Source: Candidatus Latescibacterota bacterium
GTDB taxonomy: Bacteria; Latescibacterota; UBA2968; UBA8231
DNA length: 64,000 nucleotides
Reading direction: 5' to 3'
NCBI GenBank assembly: GCA_965261395.1
Contig: OZ253462.1
Coordinates: forward strand, 1,952,001 to 2,016,000
Shown one piece after another: positions 10,336 to 21,600 of this stretch. The stretch's first letter is position 1. Every line of letters starts with the position of its first letter. Both the position numbers and the translations under genes were made by a program. The notes beneath the pieces are model-generated. The model saw only the letters and a program-made list of their open reading frames with translations. It did no database searches and was not told the DNA's origin.

Positions 10336-11550
10336 ATGAAAATCACCAACGTCGAATTCTTCCATCTCAACCCGCGCCTCTGTGACCGCTATCAGGGTCA
10401 CGAGGTCCGCTTCTCCGGCATCGACACCCAGACCGTCTTCCGCGTAACCCTCGACAACGGCGTCGTCGGCTACGGCGACGAGCGCGGCCACACCTCGCTT
10501 TCCGAAGGACAGATCGCGGGCATGATCGACCAATCGCCATTCAACTATGTGGCTGGTGCGCTCAGCACCGGCCTGATGGGGGCACTGTACGACGCCATGG
10601 GCAAGGCCATCGAAGAGCCTGCGTACAAGCTATTGGGCCAGAAGGTGCGCGATCGCGTGCCGGTGGCGGCGTGGACCCGGCCGGCGGCTCCCGAGGACTT
10701 TGCCCGCGAAATCCAACGCGCCGCCCAAGAGGGCTACACCCTCTTCAAGATGCATTCAGCCGAACAGCACGACGTGATCGAGCAGACGCGCGCCGCCCAA
10801 GAGGTCGCCCCGCCCGGCTTTAAGGTCCACTGGGACTTCAACCACAATCGGCCCTCTACCGCCGTGCTGCGCATCGTCGATGAGCTGGAAAAATTTCCGG
10901 TCGTCGGCTTCTTGGAAGACCCGCTCTATCCCTACGACATCGAGGGCTGGCGTCTGTTGCGTTCAAAGACCTGCCTACCACTTTTGATGCACGTGCCGCA
11001 GCTCGGGGGCGGCCCGGAGATTCAGCGAGATGTGGCCGACCTCTACATGATCGGCGAAATGGGCATTGGCCACTCCATTCGCCGGGGCTTGGCTGCGGCG
11101 GCCGCCGGTCTTTCGACCGTGATTCAGCTTACTGGCGGCACCCTGTGCAAGGCCATGGCCATGCACTTGGGCGCGGTCATTCCCAATGTCTCGCATTCGA
11201 CCAACTTAGACGATCAGTACGCAGAGGATGTGACCGGAGGCCGCCTCGAAGTCAGCGAGGGCAGCACGCCGGTGCCCGAGGGGCCGGGGCTGGGCGTGGA
11301 AGTAGATGAGCAGATATTGGCAGAACTAGCCGCGCGGCCCAAGAGCGAACTGCCGCGCCACGTCGGCGTCTTGCACCTGCCTGGCGGCACCACGTACTAC
11401 ACCCCGAGCATCCCGGCGGTCGAGCGGCTGACCGGATTTGTCGAAGGCAATGTGCGCGGCGTGCGCACCGAGGTCTGGAACGACGACGGCTCGGAAGAAT
11501 TCGCGCGTATTTATGAACAGGTGCAAAAAGAAGGCAAAGTCAAGACTTAG
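10336..11550 (+). CDS. Mandelate racemase/muconate lactonizing enzyme (enolase superfamily) protein
   Basis: GYGD, LYDAMGK..PAYKLLG, KMH, DFN, EDP and PGLGVEVD motifs. Confidence 0.8.
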   Translation: MKITNVEFFHLNPRLCDRYQGHEVRFSGIDTQTVFRVTLDNGVVGYGDERGHTSLSEGQIAGMIDQSPFNYVAGALSTGLMGALYDAMGKAIEEPAYKLLGQKVRDRVPVAAWTRPAAPEDFAREIQRAAQEGYTLFKMHSAEQHDVIEQTRAAQEVAPPGFKVHWDFNHNRPSTAVLRIVDELEKFPVVGFLEDPLYPYDIEGWRLLRSKTCLPLLMHVPQLGGGPEIQRDVADLYMIGEMGIGHSIRRGLAAAAAGLSTVIQLTGGTLCKAMAMHLGAVIPNVSHSTNLDDQYAEDVTGGRLEVSEGSTPVPEGPGLGVEVDEQILAELAARPKSELPRHVGVLHLPGGTTYYTPSIPAVERLTGFVEGNVRGVRTEVWNDDGSEEFARIYEQVQKEGKVKT

Positions 11551-11563
11551 AAAGGAACACTTC

Positions 11564-12688
11564 ATGCTCGACCAACTCGCCTATCTCCGCGACGCTCAAA
11601 CTGGGCGCGCCTCGTCTTGGGACGAAACCGGCCGCAACAGCGACGCCTGGTGGATCGAACCCGGTGAGAGCGCAGTCCTCGCCGACATCAAAGGCCCCGG
11701 CCGCATCACCCACCTCTGGCTGACTCAAGCCAACCACTACCGAGAGTGCTTGCTCAAAATCACCTACGACGACGCAGATTTCCCCAGCGTGGTCTGCCCT
11801 TTAGGCGATTTCTTTGGCCTCGGCCACGGCATCGTCAACTCCTACCAGTCCCTGCTCTTTTCCACCTCGACGCGCAGCAACAATGTTTTTAATACCGGCT
11901 GCGCCCTCAACGCCTACGTGCAAATGCCCTTCCGCCAGCGGGCAGTCGTCGAACTGGTCAACGAGAGCAGCGAACGGCACCGCCAGTACTTCTACGTCGA
12001 TTACGAGACCGGCGACGTGCCGAGCGAGGCCGGGTATTTCCACGCGGAGTTCCGCCGCGAAAACCCCTTTGGCGGGTGGGGGCACGAGATCCGCGTCAAC
12101 GCGCCGGAAGCCAACATCGTCAACAAGGAACAGACTGCTTGGGATAACAACTACGTCATCTTGGAAACCCAAGGACGCGGCCACTACATCGGCTGCAACA
12201 TCAGCGTCACCAACTTCCAGGGCACTTGGTGGGGCGAGGGCGACGACATAATCTGGGTCGATGGCTACAAGTGGCCCCCCGAACTGCACGGCACCGGCAG
12301 CGAGGACTACCTCAACCAAGCGTGGGGCATGCAGGACAACGCCTTTTTGCGCAACGGCTCCTCCATCCACGAAAACAACACCAACGGCTACCAAACTTCG
12401 TACGTCCACCACCTCGAAAATCCCGTCCATTTCCAGCGGGAAATCAAGGCCACCATCGAACACGGCCACGGCAATCACCTCTGCAACGAGATGAGCAGCG
12501 TCGCCTACTGGTACGCGGCCGAACCCACCCGTGTGGCCGAACCCCCCGCCGTCGCCCAGCGCATGCCCGTCCTCCGCGACGACCAAGGCCAGTGGTTGTA
12601 CGATCCAGAGAATCAAATCACCAGTAGGAAAATTCGCCCCAACGCGGAAATGGAGCAGATGAAAAAGCAGTGGGCGGCCAGAGACTAG
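11564..12688 (+). CDS. DUF2961 / glycoside hydrolase family 172 protein
   Basis: GPGRITHLW, PLGDFFG, WWGEGD, GTGSEDY and IEHG motifs. RBS AAGGA before ATG 11564. Confidence 0.88.
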   Translation: MLDQLAYLRDAQTGRASSWDETGRNSDAWWIEPGESAVLADIKGPGRITHLWLTQANHYRECLLKITYDDADFPSVVCPLGDFFGLGHGIVNSYQSLLFSTSTRSNNVFNTGCALNAYVQMPFRQRAVVELVNESSERHRQYFYVDYETGDVPSEAGYFHAEFRRENPFGGWGHEIRVNAPEANIVNKEQTAWDNNYVILETQGRGHYIGCNISVTNFQGTWWGEGDDIIWVDGYKWPPELHGTGSEDYLNQAWGMQDNAFLRNGSSIHENNTNGYQTSYVHHLENPVHFQREIKATIEHGHGNHLCNEMSSVAYWYAAEPTRVAEPPAVAQRMPVLRDDQGQWLYDPENQITSRKIRPNAEMEQMKKQWAARD

Positions 12689-13335
12689 TGAGTGCGACGC
12701 TAACAACCACAGCCAAAGTTCAGATCGTCCTCGACGTACTCCAGCGGCTCTATCCCAGTCCCTCAATCCCGCTCAAAAGTCGGGACCCCTACACGCATCT
12801 CATTGCCGTGTTGCTTTCGGCGCAATGCACGGATGCGCGCGTCAACCAAGTAACGCCCGCGCTCTTTGCCCGCGCCGACCGGCCCGAGCGCATGGTCGAG
12901 CTGGCCGTGGAAGAGATCGAACAGATCATTCACCCTTGCGGATTGGCCCCTCGCAAGTCCAAGGCCATCTGGACGCTCTCGCAGATACTGCTCGCCGAAC
13001 ACGGCGGCCAAGTCCCGCCCGATCTGGCCGCGCTCGAACGCCTGCCTGGAGTGGGGCACAAAACCGCGCAAGTCGTTCTGGCGCAGAATTTCGGTGTGCC
13101 GACCTTCCCCGTGGACACCCACATCCATCGGCTGATCTACCGTTGGGGGCTGTCCAGCGGCAAGAGCGTCGAGCGAACAGAACGGGACTGCAAGCGCCTC
13201 TTCCCCCAGGCGCGTTGGAACGACCTGCACCTACAAATCATCTACTTTGGCCGCGAGCATTGCCCAGCGCGCGGACACCAACCTGCTGAGTGCCTTTTGT
13301 GTAGCAGGATAGGCCGCAAGAGCCTGTTCAAATAG
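12688..13335 (+). CDS. nth: Endonuclease III (HhH-GPD DNA glycosylase)
   Basis: LLSAQCTD, LPGVGHKTA, PVDTH and a C-terminal Cys cluster. Confidence 0.92.
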   Translation: MSATLTTTAKVQIVLDVLQRLYPSPSIPLKSRDPYTHLIAVLLSAQCTDARVNQVTPALFARADRPERMVELAVEEIEQIIHPCGLAPRKSKAIWTLSQILLAEHGGQVPPDLAALERLPGVGHKTAQVVLAQNFGVPTFPVDTHIHRLIYRWGLSSGKSVERTERDCKRLFPQARWNDLHLQIIYFGREHCPARGHQPAECLLCSRIGRKSLFK

Positions 13336-13364
13336 GGACATCCCTACGAAAGGAGAACTTCTTT

Positions 13365-14228
13365 ATGAGCGATAATCTACGTTTGTTATCCATCGGCGCG
13401 CATCCGGCCGACATCTTCGACCAGTCGGGCGGCACCATGGCCCATCACGTTGCCCGCGGCGACTGGGTCGGCTGCGTGGTGCTGACACACGGAGCGAGGG
13501 TTCACGACAAGGTGATCAGCGACGAGATGTTCCACCGGGCCGAAGTCCCGCAAGCGGACCAACTAACGGCGCTGATGGCCGAGCGCGCCGACGTCAAGGC
13601 CGACGAGGTGCGGCGAGCCTGTGCCCTGCTCGGAGTCGAGGAAATCCACTTTTTCGGGGCCGACGACGCGGTGTTGCAAGTTACCGAGGAGGCCGTGCGC
13701 CGCCTAGCGCGGCTGGTGCGCCAACTGCGGCCGGATGTGGTGCTGACCCACTTTCCCAAGGAAGGCGACGGGCTGACCAACGCCCATGCCATCTGCGGTC
13801 AAATCGTCCTCCACGCGCTTGCGCTGGCCAATGGGGTGGATCCCGGCGACAGCCGTCCGCCGCATCGGGTCGCCCAAGTTTTTTATTTTGGCACCGGGGC
13901 GGCAGCGATCCCGCGCAGTGTTTGGGATTCGGAGGGCGGCTACTACAACGATGTTTTTATCGACATTACCGACGTGGTCGCCAAGAAGCTGGCAGCGCTG
14001 GATTGCCTAGAAAGCCAAGGCTACGGCGGGGCGTATGCGCGCAAGCGGATCGAGACCAGCGACGGGGCCTTTGGCTCAGCCGCCGGATGCGCTTACGCCG
14101 AGGGCTTTATCAAAGCCAACGCCGAGACCCATTACTACCTGCCGCTGACCGAGCACGCCATAAAGCAGGCACGGACGTCTGATCACGAGCATATCGCCAC
14201 ACAGTCGTTCAAGATCCAGACCGATTGA
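13365..14228 (+). CDS. PIG-L/LmbE family deacetylase-like protein
   Basis: GAHPAD..GGT, RPDVVLTH, IDITD..KK..AL and YAEGF motifs. Confidence 0.82.
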   Translation: MSDNLRLLSIGAHPADIFDQSGGTMAHHVARGDWVGCVVLTHGARVHDKVISDEMFHRAEVPQADQLTALMAERADVKADEVRRACALLGVEEIHFFGADDAVLQVTEEAVRRLARLVRQLRPDVVLTHFPKEGDGLTNAHAICGQIVLHALALANGVDPGDSRPPHRVAQVFYFGTGAAAIPRSVWDSEGGYYNDVFIDITDVVAKKLAALDCLESQGYGGAYARKRIETSDGAFGSAAGCAYAEGFIKANAETHYYLPLTEHAIKQARTSDHEHIATQSFKIQTD

Positions 14229-14240
14229 TCCGGCGTCCGC

Positions 14241-15434
14241 CTACTGCATCCCAGCCAGTCGCTCCGCCAAGTCCTCCTGCGTCGTCCCAATGTCGAGGGA
14301 GCCAATGTCCCGTCCGTCCAAGCTGTTGGCTAATCCGCCCAGATCGTCCTGCGTCGTCGGCTTGGCCACTACGCCCACATAGTCTAGCACTTCGTGAATT
14401 TTGTCGGCGCGAATGCCGAACCCCAAGGCGGTTTGTGGGACGCGCGTAGGTGCGCCGCCTATGCTGAGAACCAGATTCTCAATACCCGCGTTGTTGATGG
14501 CCACCACTTGGCCGGAATCATCGAAAATGGGGCTGCCGCTGGTGCCGCCAGAAAGGTCGAGATTGTGCTGGACGATGTAGGTGTCGGACGCGGTGTACGA
14601 CTCGCCTTGGAAGGGCGGACGCAAGGCACTGATCGTGCCGTTCTTGAAGGTGGCAATCGGGAAAAGGTGGGACAGCTCGCCGCCTTGGAGTTCACCGGGA
14701 AATCCTACAGTCGCTATCGGCGCACCGATTCTCAATCGGCGAACCGCGTTGCTCGTCGCCAAGGAGACGCGCCGCCCAATGAAGCCTTCGGAGATGTGTA
14801 GCGTACCTACATCGGGCGACCTCAGATCGTCGGGGTCCCATTGTGGGTGTGCCCAATAAGTACTAATAAAAAAATAATTTTCTTGGTATGAGAGATCGGT
14901 CGTCAGGTTTCGCACTACTATCCACAAACTGTGTAGATCGGTTCCATACCTGTTATTGAACGCCGCTACTTGACCATCCAATTCAAGCAGTCCATCTATG
15001 ATGTGTCCATTGGTGACAAGCGTACCGCTTTCCACGGCAAAGCTTGTGCCGATGAATGTAATAGTCACATCCTCTATGTTGCCGTTGTACACACCGTGGA
15101 GCACGGCGTAGATAGAGTACTGCAAAGAATGGACGATCCCGCTCCAATCCCCAATCTGGCCTTCCAACTCGTCCACGCGATCTTGCAGATCCTCAAATTC
15201 CCGCCGCGTAATACTCGTCTGCGTCAGCTTGGCGCGCACTTGGCCGATCTCCTCGGCATTGTCCGCCGTCACCGCGAGAGCGTCGAGCCGCGCCAACAGG
15301 CTCAGCCGGTCCTCCTCTTGGGCGGCTTCAACTTCGGAAAGACGCTGCTCTAATTCATCCACTCGCTCCGCGAGCGGATTATCCGCGCAGGCGAAAAAGA
15401 CCGCGCCTAGCAGGACGGAGAAAAACAGACGCAT
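14241..15434 (-). CDS. Lipoprotein with coiled-coil stalk and trypsin-like serine protease domain
   Basis: Lipobox-like FFAC and a heptad-rich N-terminus. Catalytic triad motifs VTNGH, PDV and GGTSGSP. Confidence 0.8.
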   Translation of the reverse strand: MRLFFSVLLGAVFFACADNPLAERVDELEQRLSEVEAAQEEDRLSLLARLDALAVTADNAEEIGQVRAKLTQTSITRREFEDLQDRVDELEGQIGDWSGIVHSLQYSIYAVLHGVYNGNIEDVTITFIGTSFAVESGTLVTNGHIIDGLLELDGQVAAFNNRYGTDLHSLWIVVRNLTTDLSYQENYFFISTYWAHPQWDPDDLRSPDVGTLHISEGFIGRRVSLATSNAVRRLRIGAPIATVGFPGELQGGELSHLFPIATFKNGTISALRPPFQGESYTASDTYIVQHNLDLSGGTSGSPIFDDSGQVVAINNAGIENLVLSIGGAPTRVPQTALGFGIRADKIHEVLDYVGVVAKPTTQDDLGGLANSLDGRDIGSLDIGTTQEDLAERLAGMQ

Positions 15435-15556
15435 GAAAAGCTCCTTTCGGGGTTGGCGCATTGCTTGCAGATACGCCTAAACGTAGTTTGTCAACAGCAC
15501 GCGCCGTGCGATAATGCCCAATTCTATTCCTGTGAACAAGACCCTGTACCCTCTAC

Positions 15557-16810
15557 ATGCCATTAGCCCTTTCGCTCCTCCTCGTCCTTTCATCCTGCAG
15601 CCCTGAGCCGCGCCAAGACGCCACCGTCACCCTCGAGTTCTGGACCATTGCCCTCGGCGATGCATTCGCCGACTACATCTTGGGCATGATCGCCGAGTAC
15701 GAGCAGGCCCACCCCGGCGTAAAAGTCAAGTGGGTCGATGTCAGCGGCGGCGAAGTGGCCGAGAAGTTCCTCGCCGCCTTGGTCGGCGACGCGCCCCCAG
15801 ACTTGGCCAACATCTACGACCTGCCCCGCTTCCTGCAATACGACATCCTCGTCAACATGGACGAGGCGGTCGCGCCAGCCGCAAAGGCCAAACGGCTCGA
15901 AAATTTCTGGCGCGGCGTCGGCTACTTCCAAGGCAGCAACTACGCCATCCCTTGGTACGTCGGCGTCTCCATGCTCTGGTACAACAAAGACCTCTTCGCC
16001 CAGGCCGGCCTCGACCCCGAGCGCCCGCCGACCACCATCGACGAGATGCTCGCCATGGGCCGCCAAATCCGCGAGCGCACCGGCAAATACGGCGTCTCTT
16101 GGCGGCTGCATCCCTCCCTCATAGCCCCTCCTTGGGCGCTGTTGCGTCTAGACGGCTTCTGGCCGCTCTTCGTTCCCAACGCCCGCCGCACCCGCATCAA
16201 CCACCCCGAGGCCAAGGCTATCTTTCAGCAGTGGATTGACGCCTATCAGCAGGGGATCGTTCCGCCCGAGGCCCTCGCCGCCTCCCACCGCGACGAGGTC
16301 AATTGGTTCATCGAAGGCCGCGCGGCCATGCTGCCCTTTTCCGGCGGCTGGATCACTCGCTACTTCGACGATTCCTTTGCCAAAAAGGCGGTACCAGCAC
16401 CCATGCCGCGAGGCCGCCTCGGCCAAGTGCCGGCCACCAACCAAGTCTTGGTCGTGCCTAAAGCCTCGCCCCACGTAGAGCAAGCCGTTGACTTCGGGCT
16501 GTTTGTCACCAACGACGCCAACCAGCTCGAATTCTGCCGCCTAGTCGCCATTTTGCCCTCGACCGTCCAAGCGGCTGCCGACCCCTATTTTCGCCGCCCG
16601 CCCACCACGCTAGCCGACGCCGCCAACCAGCTTTCCGCGGCCGACATCGCCCACTCCTTTGTCATGGCCCCGCCCGACGTCAAAAGCTGGAGCCGGATGG
16701 AGGACATTCTCCACGAGGAATTCGCCAAAGCATTGGCCGGCCAGCAGAGCGCGGACGCGGCCCTGAGCCGCATCGAATCCAAGTGGAACCACCTGTCGCG
16801 CTTCCATTGA
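15557..16810 (+). CDS. Sugar ABC transporter substrate-binding lipoprotein
   Basis: Lipobox LSSC, YAIPWY and LWYNKDLF..AG motifs. Confidence 0.9.
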   Translation: MPLALSLLLVLSSCSPEPRQDATVTLEFWTIALGDAFADYILGMIAEYEQAHPGVKVKWVDVSGGEVAEKFLAALVGDAPPDLANIYDLPRFLQYDILVNMDEAVAPAAKAKRLENFWRGVGYFQGSNYAIPWYVGVSMLWYNKDLFAQAGLDPERPPTTIDEMLAMGRQIRERTGKYGVSWRLHPSLIAPPWALLRLDGFWPLFVPNARRTRINHPEAKAIFQQWIDAYQQGIVPPEALAASHRDEVNWFIEGRAAMLPFSGGWITRYFDDSFAKKAVPAPMPRGRLGQVPATNQVLVVPKASPHVEQAVDFGLFVTNDANQLEFCRLVAILPSTVQAAADPYFRRPPTTLADAANQLSAADIAHSFVMAPPDVKSWSRMEDILHEEFAKALAGQQSADAALSRIESKWNHLSRFH

Positions 16811-16821
16811 GACCAAACGCC

Positions 16822-17742
16822 ATGTACGGACGCTACGTACCTTATTACTTTGTCGCCCCCGGGCTGTTGTTCCTAGCCGTGTTCTTCGCCTATCCCTTGC
16901 TCGATACGCTCTATCTCAGCCTGCACCGCTACAACATCTTCTCGCCGCCCACCTTCGTCGGCCTCGACAATTTTCGCCGCGCTTGGGGCGACGAGCTGTT
17001 TTGGCGGGTCTTGGCCAATACTCTGCTCTACGCGATCATCGTCGTGCCCGCGCTCGTCGTGCTCTCGTTTTTCATGGCCCTCCTACTCGACAACTCGCTG
17101 CGGCTGATCAAGATATTTCGCACGCTGTACTACATTCCGGTCGTCACCTCCATCGTCGTCGCTGGCATCGTCTGGAAGTGGCTCTACAATGCCGACGGCC
17201 TGATCAACGCCTTCCTCAAGGGGCTGGGCGTCAGCGGCCCATCGTGGCTGGCCGATGTGCGCGGCGTCCCCGAGGCACTCTTGGGCCTGTTGGGCGTGGA
17301 GACCCAGTCCGCGTGGTTGACTGAGCCGGCGATTGCCCTGTCTGCGGTGGCCATGGTCACCGTGTGGAAGGCCACGCCGTACTACATGATCATCTATCTG
17401 GCCGGCTTGCAGGGCATCCCGGCCCAGCTCAAAGAAGCCGCCCGCGTCGATGGGGCCGGTTGGTGGCAGGTCGTGCGCCACGTCATCATCCCGACGATCA
17501 AGCCCTACACCCTCGTGGTCTCCATCATCGCCACCATTGCCGCCTTGCGCACCTTTGGCGAAGTGTACGTGATGACCGGCGGCGGCCCCTTCCACCGCAC
17601 CAACCTATTGTCCTACTACATCTACACGCTCGGGTTCAAATACCTCGAAGTAGGGTACGCCGCGGCCGTCTCGCTCTGCTTGCTGGTCGTCATATTGATC
17701 TTTGCCCTGCTCAACTTTCGCCTCGCTGGCCGAGGAGCTTGA
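16822..17742 (+). CDS. Sugar ABC transporter permease (MalF/UgpA-like)
   Basis: FVGLDNF, EAARVDGA and MTGGGP motifs. Multiple TM helices. Confidence 0.92.
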   Translation: MYGRYVPYYFVAPGLLFLAVFFAYPLLDTLYLSLHRYNIFSPPTFVGLDNFRRAWGDELFWRVLANTLLYAIIVVPALVVLSFFMALLLDNSLRLIKIFRTLYYIPVVTSIVVAGIVWKWLYNADGLINAFLKGLGVSGPSWLADVRGVPEALLGLLGVETQSAWLTEPAIALSAVAMVTVWKATPYYMIIYLAGLQGIPAQLKEAARVDGAGWWQVVRHVIIPTIKPYTLVVSIIATIAALRTFGEVYVMTGGGPFHRTNLLSYYIYTLGFKYLEVGYAAAVSLCLLVVILIFALLNFRLAGRGA

Positions 17743-17743
17743 G

Positions 17744-18559
17744 ATGGTTCAGCGCATTCTGCTCTACGCGATCCTGTGCGCAGTCGGCGCGGTCTTGCTG
17801 GTTCCTTTCGCTTGGCTACTATCCACCGCGCTCAAAGCCGAGTCGGCCGATCTGTTCGCCCATCCTCCGCAGTGGATTCCCGACCCCATCGTCTGGGGCA
17901 ACTTCGCCAAGGCTTGGAACATCCTCCCGTTTGTGCGCTACCTCTTCAATACCTTCTACATTGCCATCGCCACGGTCCTGCTCAACTTGACGTGTTGTTC
18001 GCTGGCCGGCTACGCCCTCGCCCGCATGCACTTTCGCGGACGCCAAGCCATCTTCTACTGCATATTGGCCACGACCATGGTGCCGTTCCAAGTTCTCTTA
18101 ATCCCGCTCTTTATCGTCACCTTGAAGCTGGGTCTCGTGGATTCGTACGCCGGCGTCATTTTGCCAGTGGCGGTCAACGCCTTTGGCATCTTCCTCCTGC
18201 GCCAAGCCTTCACCACTATTCCCACCGATCTCGAAGATGCCGCGCGCATCGACGGCTGCGGCCCGTGGACCATCTATGCGCGCATTATGATGCCCTTGGT
18301 CAAACCAGCCCTCGCCGTGCAGGCGGCGTTTACGTTCGTAGCCCAGTGGAACGATTTTCTGTGGCCGCTGGTGGTGCTCAAAAGCCGCGAGCTGTACACC
18401 CTGCAATTGGGACTGGCCAGCCTCCAGGGCGTCTTTGGGGTCAACTGGCGCTACATTTCAGCGGCTTCGATCATCGCCTTGGTGCCGACGGTGCTGTTCT
18501 TTCTCTTCACCCAGCGATTTTTCACGCAGGGGCTGACGGCTGGTGCTGTGAAGGAATAG
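17744..18559 (+). CDS. Sugar ABC transporter permease (MalG/UgpE-like)
   Basis: EDAARIDGC, WNDFLWPL and a GAVKE C-terminus. Confidence 0.92.
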   Translation: MVQRILLYAILCAVGAVLLVPFAWLLSTALKAESADLFAHPPQWIPDPIVWGNFAKAWNILPFVRYLFNTFYIAIATVLLNLTCCSLAGYALARMHFRGRQAIFYCILATTMVPFQVLLIPLFIVTLKLGLVDSYAGVILPVAVNAFGIFLLRQAFTTIPTDLEDAARIDGCGPWTIYARIMMPLVKPALAVQAAFTFVAQWNDFLWPLVVLKSRELYTLQLGLASLQGVFGVNWRYISAASIIALVPTVLFFLFTQRFFTQGLTAGAVKE

Positions 18560-18604
18560 CGGGGTCGTCATCTTCGGCATCTGAGTGAGGAGATAGCAAG
18601 GCGC

Positions 18605-21600
18605 ATGTCATCCGTTATGTTAGCCGATTTGCCCATGGACTTCGCTGCCGACCCGGATGCTGTCTCGGCCGTCGCCGAGGCGCATCGTCTCGCCTATGGA
18701 CACCTTTTTAATTCCGCGTTCGCCGCGGAAACGTCGCTAATTGACCCGCTCCCGCATCAGCGCATTGCCGTGTACGAGCAGATGCTGCAACAGGCTCCCC
18801 TGCGATTCTTGCTGGCCGACGACGCGGGGGCTGGCAAGACCATCATGACGGGCCTATACGTACGCGAGATGCTGTCCCGCCGTCTCATCCGTCGCGTGCT
18901 CATCGTGCCGCCGGCTGGCTTGGTCGGCAACTGGGAGCGGGAAATGCGCACCCTGTTTCGCCTGTCATTCCGCATCGTCAGCGGCGAAGACGCACGCACC
19001 GGCAATCCCTTCCTCGGCCCAGAGAGCGACCAAGTAATCGTCAGCATCGACACCTTGGCCGGGGAACGCATGTTTGGCCACCTCAAAGACTCGCAAACCG
19101 ACGCCTACGACCTCGTCGTCTTCGACGAGGCGCACAAGCTGTCTGCGGATCGTCTGCCGGATTTCCGGGTGCGCAAGACGGATCGGTACAAGCTGGCGGA
19201 AGCCCTAGCCGGTGCCGAGGTAGAAGATGAGCGCTGGGAGCTTCCTTGGTCGGTCCAACACCTGCTGTTGCTGACGGCCACGCCGCACATGGGCAAGGAT
19301 TATCCCTATTACTTCCTGTGGCGTCTGTTGCTGCCGGACGCGCTCTCGACCTACGACGCGTTCGACACTTTTCCCCGCGACTCTCGGCAGAGGCACTTCA
19401 TCCGCCGGACCAAGGAGGAGATGGTCCGCTTCGATGGTGCTCCGCTGTATCCACAGCGAAATTGCGCCACTCTGAGCTACGATCTCTCGCAGGGGCCAGA
19501 GAGCGAACAGGAGCTCTACGACGAGACGACCGAATACATCGGGTATTATTACAACCGCGCCGGAGTGTTGAACCAGTCCGCTGCCCGCTTGGCGATGAGC
19601 GTCTTTCAGCGGCGTCTCGCTAGTTCCACCTATGCCCTTCTACGCTCCTTTGAGCGTCGGCAAGAAAAGCTCGCAGGGCTGATTGACGACATTCGGAATG
19701 GACGACTTACCGAGGAACAGCTCGTGCGCCAGCAACGGAGCCTCGACAAGCTCGACGACATCTTTGAAACGCGGACCGCCGATGAGGACGCCGCAAGCGA
19801 GGACGGAGGCGAGCAACACGAGGAGTTCGAGGGCAAGGCTCTAAGCGGCACCGTTGCAGTCAACCTCAGCGAACTTGAGGTAGAACGTCGCCAAGTCGAA
19901 GCGTTGCTCAACAAGACTCGGAGCCTGTTCGACACCGGCGAGGAGTCCAAGTTCGAGAAGCTGCGCGAAGTGCTCCGCGACCCGCAATACCTCGACGAGA
20001 AGCTCATCATCTTCACCGAGCACCGCGACACTGCGGAGTTTTTGGTGCGCCGGCTCGAAGGGCTTGGCTTCACAGGTCAAGTTGCTCTGATCCACGGCGG
20101 CCTGCCCTACCAGGAGCGCGAGCGCCAAGTTGAGTTTTTTCGTCAATCAGCAGCGGAAGGCGGGGCCAACTACCTAGTGGCCACCGACGCTGCTGGCGAA
20201 GGGATTAACCTGCAATTCTGCTGGCTGATGGTGAACTACGACATCCCCTGGAACCCGGCGCGGCTCGAACAGCGGATGGGGCGCATCCATCGCTACGGCC
20301 AGAAACACGATCCAGTGGTCATCGTCAATCTGGTGGCCGGCGGTACGCGCGAGGGGCGGGTGCTGAAGACCCTGCTCGACAAGCTCGAAGCGATCCGTCG
20401 CCAGCTTCAATCCGATAAGGTGTTTGACGTGGTGGGTCGGCTGTTTGAGGGGTTGTCCATGCGGGACTATCTGGAGCAGGCGGTCACTGGAGATGCCGAC
20501 AGCATTGCCGAGCGCTTGGAGGGCGACCTTACAGAGCAACAAGTCCAAGCTCTTGCGGAGCGAGAGCGCGTACTCTTTGGAGAAGGCGGCGAGGTTCGCC
20601 GGCGACTGGCGCAGCTCAACGACGAGGCAGAGCAGGAAAACTATCGCCGCTTGCTGCCCGGATACGTGCGCCGTTTTGTGGAGCGAGCCGCGCCGCTGCT
20701 CGACTTGCGCATCGAGGGCGACTTAGGAGCCACTTTTGCGCTGGTGCCCGGCCGGCCCCGCGCGGCTGATGCCTTGTTGCCCGCACTTGAGGTCTATCCC
20801 GAGGAAGCGCGCGAGCGGCTGACGGTGTATAAGCCGACGGACCACGAAAGCGCGGTCTGGATGCACCCCGGCGAGCCGGTGTTCGACGCCCTCTCAGCCG
20901 CGATCCTGAGTCGCTTCGGGCGCGACGGGCTCAAGGGTGCCGTGTTCACCGACCCTTATGCGACCGAGGCATATCTATTTCATATCGCACTGATTTCTGT
21001 CGAACAGCACAGCCAAGGCAACGCAGGGCCGACCGCCCCGCAGCCCCTCGAATCGCGCCTAATCGGGCTGCGCCAATCGAGCAACGGCACCATAGAGGAG
21101 TGCCCGGTCGAGCATCTACTTCTGCTCAGAGGTGCCCACGGCTTCGCGCCAAGCCGGGTGCCACTGGCTACCCTAGCTCGCGACATGGTCGCTGATACTG
21201 CCCAGTTCATCCGCGAGGACGTGAACGAGCGCGTCGTGCAAGCGCATCGCCAGCGCCGCCTCGACGATCTGCCCGCACGCCTAAAGTTCGTCAATCGCGG
21301 CTTCGACTTTCAGGCTGCCGAACTCGCCGCCGCCCGATCCCGCCTTAGCAAAATGGCCCGCGATGGTAATCGCCACGCCCAAGGGGAACTCTCCAAGGTC
21401 AAGGAACGGCAGCGGAGCTTGACGGCTTCCCGCAATCATCGCCTCGACGATCTGCGGGCCGAACCAGACCTCATCCAGGCCGGTGAGATCGAGTTCCTCG
21501 TTCACGCCCTCGTGGTGCCGGCCCAAGATTCCGAGGAGACTGAGCGCTACGATGCCGATGTCGAAGCTATCGCTGTGGAGGTGGCTACCGATTATGAGAA

